A stretch of 63,120 nt of DNA, the filler included, from Folioceros fuciformis (lineage: Eukaryota), in assembly GCA_049999805.1 (NCBI GenBank). It is 9 parts of 9 records of this genome, joined end to end, with 100 filler letters (N's around TTAATTAATTAA, not from the genome) between each part and the next. Parts side by side here need not be neighbours in the genome. Positions count along the whole stretch, not along the records: positions 49,735 to 59,443 come from JBNGIO010001891.1; positions 59,544 to 61,284 come from JBNGIO010001893.1; positions 61,385 to 63,120 come from JBNGIO010001895.1; 6 more parts are not named here. One strand, written 5' to 3'. The notes under the pieces were generated by a model, which searched no databases, was not told where the DNA came from, and worked only from the letters and a program-made list of their open reading frames with translations. Positions 56,192-63,120 of the stretch are shown here, piece after piece (position 1 is the first letter of the stretch; every line of letters begins with the position of its first letter). Position numbers and translations under genes: made by a program.

Positions 56192-57228
56192 CATGGCCTC
56201 CCGAGGACTCGAGTCAGGGTATGCCCCATGTCCTCCCTCCCACTTAGCAACGGGATGGAGGCCGTAGATTGAATTGTGTTGAAGGCTAGCTTCACACTTC
56301 CTCTTGTGGAAAAGCACGCTATATTTTTGTTCGGTGAGTTTGTTCTAGCTATTAGGAGCTAAAACAAATTGGCTAGCATGTTGCTCTTGAATTGTGATTA
56401 TGCCTCATGATCAAGAGATGCAAGATTGCATAGTTTCTTGCACATGACCATTTAACTATGCCCGCCCATTTTGTGGTATGCAACCCTCGAGCTAGTCTCA
56501 TTGAGTTATACAAAAATATAATGAAGACCATATTTGAATATAATATGATATAATATAATATAAATAAAATAAATTATATAAAAAATAATACATAAATAAT
56601 TTTCTGTTACATAGTACTTATGTATTACCCAATGGATCCCTTGACCATTCCAGGTAGTCATCTTTGTTTTCAACTTCATATCCGCTGGTTTATCAAATTC
56701 ATGCTCAACTACAACTTGGCTAGTTGATCAGTGGCCAGCAGGAACCTGGTTCTTCATGATTGAAGTGTAAGGATGAAGCGAACATACATAAGATACCTAG
56801 GATATTGCGAAGGTTACGATCTTCTATTATGAGGGTACATTATTATATTTCATACAATCTCATTAAAATTCCTAAAAATCAGCTCTCCTTCTATCAGACA
56901 TCCACCCAGCGACCGCAATCGGAATCAATCCTGTACAAACAGTTACAGATCACTACTACATCTGGTTCAACTCTATACAAAAGTCTCCCCATGTGCCCAG
57001 GGGCGGAAAGCTGCCCAAGTGCGTACAATGGTCCAGAACTTGTACAGCATTGATTTACAAGGGATCAGAATGTGTATGCTACAACGGCCATTCAGCAAGC
57101 ACCCTTCAAAGGTAAGGGACAAAATTTAGCGCTTGGCATCCGAAGTAGAGACAACGTAGTTTGGAAGAAATGAGTGCAGGTCTCACCTTTTCAGCGGTGA
57201 ATGGGCAGCCATCCCTCGGTTCCTGATC

Positions 57229-59406
57229 TCATCGACCGCTGTCAGGCCCACTTCCTGTAGAGTCAAATCTTGGCCTCTTCTGAGACATCAGTTCTTCGAA
57301 GGTATCAATCAATTGTTCAGCTAACTGTTCCGGTTGGTCATACATTGTATCTATGAAAACGTTGACCACCTCCTTCTCTCTGTCTGAGGCCCTCCTACTT
57401 AACCAGGTTAGAAACGCTTTCCGGAACGCAGACGGCAGATGACTCTTTCTTTCCAAGCTGAGGATGACTTTTACACACAGCTCAAATGCAGTGGCAGAAC
57501 CCCTGAGTCCCCTACTTTCCATAACATTATGCATACAGCTCACGTGCTGAAGCTGACATCCTTCCATTTCCATGGCACTTGGTTTGGAACTGACATCTTG
57601 ATAAGTCTTGCAACCTTCTGCCTTTATGTTTGTAGACTTGGGACTGACATGCTGAACCTGCTGTCGCTGAACTCCCGTCGTACTTGGCATTGGATCAAGA
57701 TGTTGCAGATGATGTACCTCAGCTTGAATGTTGATTGCCCTAGAACTGCCGTTTTGAAGTCTATGTCCCTCGATATCCATGGCGCTCGGATTCGGACTTG
57801 TGTGTTGAAGATTTTGTGCCTCAGTCTCGTGAATACTTTGCTTGGCACCCGCGGGTTCAGTTTGGCACATCACAATAGGTTCAACGGCGCCCCTGTCCAT
57901 GGCTATAGGCGTCACTTTCTGCTCTGGTTCTGGAAGGTGGGAGTCCGTCTGAATCTCGTTCTCCTGCTCCAATCCAGCTGGGCCCTGAGATGTCTTTCCT
58001 CGTTCAGCAACTTCACATTGTGGGTGGCCTTCCTCAGCAACCCGTACAACGGTAAGGAAAGTTTGCTGCGCCGCTGGTAACTCCTCTTGCACCCGTTGAA
58101 CGACATTGCCATCTAGCTGTTTACAGTCCTCAACTTGGACAGGTTCTTGCACGTCTTCCTGCTGCACAAGAGTGGTACCTGGTGACCTCACCTCCTCTAA
58201 TTCCATTACCTTTAACTTTGCACCTTCTGATGCAGAAGCCGACTCATCCGCTTCTCTCCCTGTCTCCACTGTCTGATGTGCCTGCTGTGATTTCTCCTCG
58301 GCTTTCTCAGTCTCTACCTCTTTGGACGAAACCTGGGGGGTTTCCACAGGTAATTGCCCGCTGCTGTGAGTAACGGATGAAGCTCCATGAGAGTTCCCGA
58401 ACCCCACCTGTCCTTCCCCGTCTGAGACCTGCGGCGACCTTTCCTTGCCCCTGCCTCGATGGTCTTGTAAATCCTTCTCCACAGAGATTGTCTCCCCGTC
58501 CGCTTTCCCCCAATTCTGCAGACTGCTGACAGCACGAGCCGCCTCACATATATCCCGCATTTTGTCATCCTCTTTCCCGTGCACAGACTGAGGCCTCGCA
58601 GGTTCAGGCTGCTTAGGCTCCTGTGGTGGTACTAGCAGCGAGTCCTTGACCTCCTGTTCATCCTTTTGCGGGGGAGGTGGAGGAGCATTGGCCTTAGGCG
58701 TACTACCAGTAACCTCCCCAAGGCCTATAACCTTATCATCCTCGAATGCCACCAACTTGAACACATAATCGGTGCCCTCGTCCAAGTAATGGGCAATGGC
58801 TCTCCTCTCTGTACTCTTGAACACACAGTTTGGGGCAGCTGTGAAGTTTAACTCACCTACTTTGCATATCCAAATCTTAAACTCCGACACAATATCTTCC
58901 AGCACCTGGTCGTCAGTCCTCCAGCTCACAGTAATGGAATCAGACTTCACAGCCTTGACCTGCACCTCAATGGGCCGCCCTGTAACTTTGCCTGAAAACA
59001 GCGACAATAGCCATCACCACCTGGCCACCCCGTCCACCGCACCAAGCATCTCACACACGACAGAAGACCGCACAAGCACAACTCACCTTCAGGCTGACAT
59101 TGGGGAAATTTGTCAGGACTCTGCAACTGGCTATGAACCATATCCAGGGCATACCCCAGACAGACCGTGAGCTGGTCCCAGATGTCGTTCTTCAGCCGTG
59201 TCACGCAGCTCCTGCTGGCGCTCACAGCCGCAGTATCCAGCTGCCCCACTTCCTTCTCCAACGTATGCACGGCTTCCGTCACAACCGAGTGCAACTCCTT
59301 GTGCCGCTCCGTCCCGTGCAAAATCCGGTCGGCCAGCGAGAGCCGTTGGCAAACCGTGTCCACGCGCCTGGCTTCCTTAGCCTTCTCCAGCTGCTTCTTG
59401 CAACTC
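57229..59406 (-). CDS. VIN3-like (VIL/VEL) PRC2 accessory protein, last two exons; PHD exon lies beyond the contig end
   Basis: SCKKQLEKAKEARRVDTVCQRLSL..GTERHKELH..LEKEVG helical region, an FNIII-like domain, and the C-terminal VEL/VID domain FELCVKVILSLE..FRKAFLTWLS..VVNVFIDT..LAEQLIDTF. Confidence 0.9.
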
Positions 59407-59443
59407 CTGCGACCAAGACAAGGAGTAGGCACTCACCCAACCC

Positions 59444-59543
59444 NNNNNNNNNNNNNNNNNNNNNNNNNNNNNNNNNNNNNNNNNNNNTTAATTAATTAAN
59501 NNNNNNNNNNNNNNNNNNNNNNNNNNNNNNNNNNNNNNNNNNN
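59444..59543. other. Artificial contig linker
   Basis: N-run, TTAATTAATTAA, N-run. Confidence 0.97.
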
Positions 59544-60283
59544 CTCATCCTGAGTCATGCTAACGGGTTTCACTCCTAACAGCTTGATGGGCTTGATTTG
59601 CTTCTTCTGTACTAGAACATTATACACTTGTTCTTTCCAGAACGGGAAGTTAGTACCATATAACTTCTCAATATTGAACATGACGTTTTCTGAGGACGTC
59701 ATGATTCAAAATCGATGCAAATCAACCAAAAGGCTAGTTAGAAAGCGATCGGAATGAAATGTAGATTCTGTTACCCTCAATCTCATTCTGAATCGACTAT
59801 CCACAAGCCGACCCAACGGGCCTAAATACTCCGATTCAGATCTCGCTGCTTCGTGGCCGGGATCTCAGCTAGCTCGCGCTCGCGTCGTTCTCGTCATTTG
59901 TCCGTCCTCCAGCACTCCGGCGCACCGGCGTCCGCAATGCCTGCTTCATATGCGCTTCTTGTGAAGCTTCCTACGGAGCTTTGATACCACTTGAAGGATC
60001 TCTACAGGAGCTACATGGTGAAGGAGGAGAGGAGGAGGCAAAGAGGAGAGGAGAAAGAGAGGTCACACCCTCACATAGAGTCTCAATATGCAAGGGAGCT
60101 CAAAGGGGTATTTACACCCTCTAGAAGAGCTCCCTAGGAAGCTTCACAAGAAGCGCATAGGAAGCTGCGCAAGAAGCTTCCGACATATTAGCTTAAGCTA
60201 ATCTAAACTAATGGTACCTAACTAGACACTAATCTTAGACTAAACACATTAGTCTAAGTACATTGGGCTTTAATAACCCTACA
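59544..60283 (-). mobile_element. 5' end of a Copia LTR retrotransposon: 292-bp LTR (60283-59992), tRNA-iMet PBS (59989-59978), gag start (59702)
   Basis: LTR reads TGTAGG...CCTTCA on the minus strand; PBS TGGTATCAAAGC; gag MTSSENVMFNIEKLYGTNFPFWKEQV. Confidence 0.92.
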
Positions 60284-61284
60284 GCATGTTCTCTGTAGGA
60301 CAGTAAGCTAATTCTATTTCTTTCCATCTTTATTCCTACGAAATAATGGAGCTGGCCCATGTCTCGCATATCGAAACTTTCTTTGAGATTCCTCTTAGTT
60401 GAGTTTAAAAGTTCTACATGGTTGCAAGCAATGATCAATTCATCTACGTACACATCAATGATAACAATGGATTCTCCCACTTGCTTCACATATATATTCC
60501 AATTAGTGCTAGTTCCCTTGAAATCTTTAGACTGTAAGTGATTTTCGAGCTTACGATACCAAGCAAGGGCAGATTGTTTAAGACCATAGAGAGCCTTCTG
60601 CAGCTGACAAACTTTGCCTTCTTGTCCTCGTACCTCAAACCCTTCTGGTTGTTCCATATATATTTCTTCATCTAGATCGCCATTCAAAAAAGCAATTTAG
60701 ACATCCATATGATGTATCTCCATATTGCAGGCAGTTGCGATAGCGAGAAGGGATCGGATAGATGCTATCTTAGCAACAGGAGAGAAAGTGTCGGTATAGT
60801 CCATGCCAAGGACTTGTTTATACCCTTTCCCTACTAACGTCACCTTGTATCATTTTATGCTACCATCACTTTATGCCTTTTGCTTAATCTTGAAGGTCCA
60901 TTTAGACCCTATGCTTTTCCTTCCAAGAGGTAGAGGAGTAATTGTCCATGTGTTTTATTTTTGATAAGTGAGTTGTACTCACTATCCACAACTTTTCTCC
61001 ATTCCTTTGCTTTCGGACCTTGTAACGCTTCTGTCAGGCTTTGTGGTTCTTCAACACCTGTAAAACATGCTAGCTCCTCCTGTACACATCCATTGGTGGA
61101 GTCTAAAAGCTTTCGTGAAGGTTTCCTTTCTCTAGTTGATCTTCTTAAGATTGGTTGCGTCTCTGGAATACTTAGTTTTGCATTTTCATCTTCAACTACA
61201 ACAATTCCCAGAGGTGCATCCGCTTCTTCAACTGCAATGACAGTAGGAGTATCTCTCTTTCCCCCCTCTATGTCAGAAAGTTGA
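60284..61284 (-). mobile_element. Older decayed Copia reverse transcriptase, interrupted by the LTR at 60283
   Basis: FLNGDLDEEIYMEQPEGF..LQKALYGLKQS..VYVDELII..FDMRDMGQLHYFVGI. Upstream frame contains stops. Confidence 0.9.
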
Positions 61285-61384
61285 NNNNNNNNNNNNNNNN
61301 NNNNNNNNNNNNNNNNNNNNNNNNNNNNTTAATTAATTAANNNNNNNNNNNNNNNNNNNNNNNNNNNNNNNNNNNNNNNNNNNN
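61285..61384. other. Artificial contig linker
   Basis: N-run, TTAATTAATTAA, N-run. Confidence 0.97.
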
Positions 61385-62367
61385 GTCCGACCCTCCATCC
61401 ATAGCAGCAAGGAACCCCATCGCTCCTTCGTGGGAACGAAACCCAATGTCTCAACGACAGTGGGATAAGTGTGGCCACTAAAGGTGGAACCCGTCGGCAA
61501 TCAGTGCCCGGGGTTTTGCCTCCACACCCACCGATCTGCATTAGGCAAACACGCTTGAAAGAAACACCAAATCGTAAACCTGACCTTGGGTGGGACTCAT
61601 GTGGATTTCCATAGGAGCTTGATGGCTTTCCTTTGTCATCGTCTAGCTAGCTGCAGTCGGGGCGCCATTGGTTGTCTTTGCTTGACTTTCTGCGCTCACA
61701 CCAACCAGAGGAACAGATCCGCCGTTGGGAAGTTGAAGAAAGATCGAGAAGTATCCTTCTTGCACCCCGGACGCTTGGGCCACCTGTAAAGATCTGGTCT
61801 AAAGGTCATAGCCACTGGTTCTCACCTAATCGGAACCAAACACTGAACCTTTGTTTTATCAGAGGTACGTGACTCAATTGGGCGTTCGTCTGCCATATAC
61901 CATCGCCCTGCTCAAGCGGATTTACAGAGGACAGTGATAGCCCGCAGCTCTCCCCCTCGGCTTTCCCCATCGTCCCTATCCTGCACTTCTAGAGAACCGT
62001 CAGGAGCCATGACCTGGAACGACTCTAGCATCTCTTTGTCATCAGCTCTCGCAAACCAGATTGCCCTGTCCAAATCCACTGCTTCGTCATGCTCATCCTC
62101 CTCCTCGGACTCGCTTCCCCTACTATCCATGGAGTAAGCGTACCACCCTTCGTCTCCCATGGTAGGTTTCTGCCTTAAGAGCTGTTGCACCTTTTCCTCT
62201 AATCCCTCGTGCAACCATGAAAAAATGAACTTGACGTGCCGGGCCCCAATGCCAAACTCCCCTTTGACCTCCGCTACTTCCTTCCAGCGGGACTCAACTC
62301 TGTTCCATAAATGTCCAAGCCGGATAACACCTTTCCGACAAGCTAGCCCGAAGATTTGTGACGGATA
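61385..62367 (-). mobile_element. LINE fragment related to 52317-54503
   Basis: EGLEEKVQQLLRQ..EGWYAYSMDS..LDRAIW aligns with the 53366-53773 ORF. Confidence 0.8.
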
Positions 62368-63120
62368 TGAAGGAACGCTCTAGGAGCTACATGGTGAAGG
62401 AGAGGAGAGGAGGAGGCAAGGAGGAGAAGAAAGAGAGGTCACACTCTCACAATAGAGTCACACTAGAAAGGGAGCTCAAGGGAGTATTTATACTCTCTAG
62501 AAGAGCTCCCTAGGAAGCTTCACAAGAAGCGCACAGGAAGCTGCGCAAGAAGCTTCCTACAGATTAGCTTAAGCTAATCTAGACTAATGGTACTTAACTA
62601 GACACTAATCTTAGACTAAACACATTAGTCTAGGCACATTGGGCTTTAATAACCCTACAACCGCCCTCTTAAAGGTCAATTTGCCCTTAAAGAAGAGTGG
62701 CTACCTCATGCCCATGAGTGTCCGAGCTTGTGCGAATTGCTCCGTAGAGAGCCCCTTGGTAAGAACATCTACAGGGTTCTGACTGGTGTGAACTTTGACA
62801 AGTTGTACCCTCTTGTCTTCCAACACCTCTCGAATGAAGTGATACTTCACTTCCACATGTTTGGTCTTCGCATGAAACACTGGATTCTTCGCCAATTGGA
62901 TAGCACTCTGGCTATCACAATGCAACACTGGCAGCTCAACCTTGATCCCCAAATCTCCCAATAAACGAGCAAGCCACATGGCTTCCTTGCACGCCTTAGT
63001 CGCTGCAACATACTCGGCCTCTGTGGTAGATAGCGTTATGCACGATTGCAAACGCGATCGCCATGAAACTGCCCCTCCAGTGCACATGAAGACATAACCT
63101 GATGTGGACCTCCTTTTGTC
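62368..63120 (-). mobile_element. 3' end of the same Copia family: open RNase H frame, PPT, 292-bp 3' LTR (62659-62368)
   Basis: GGAVSWRSRLQ..LSTTEAEYVA..CDSQSAI..TKHVEVKYHF..VDVLTKGL. The purine tract aagagggcggt abuts an LTR homologous to 59992-60283. Confidence 0.93.

Overview
Eukaryotic land-plant DNA. The ycf2 fragment shows many apparent C-to-U editing sites, which points to a seed-free plant such as a fern, lycophyte or hornwort; the taxon cannot be fixed by eye. The window is nine contigs joined by eight artificial 100-nt N/TTAATTAATTAA linkers, so adjacency across a linker is not evidence of linkage. The gene-rich first 40 kb holds four intron-rich malectin-like/LRR receptor kinases (LRR-I type, one a predicted pseudokinase) and an intronless NRAMP1-type metal transporter with two uORFs, one ending in AUG-stop. 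It also holds a Dabb A/B-barrel gene with an apparent signal peptide, a GC-rich intronless pseudogene of a bacterial/fungal-type family (HGT candidate), a GH9 fragment, a tiny spliced Cys-rich metallothionein-like ORF, and a DUF2834-like gene head-to-head with a polyamine oxidase. Later contigs carry a secreted Gnk2/DUF26-like gene, plastid ycf2, a RING-H2 tail, a VIN3-like gene and nested Copia, LINE and Harbinger remnants. One Copia family has a 38-nt PBS-adjacent sequence complementary to its own U3. All family calls are by motif recognition from memory; no searches were run, and exon boundaries are manual estimates.
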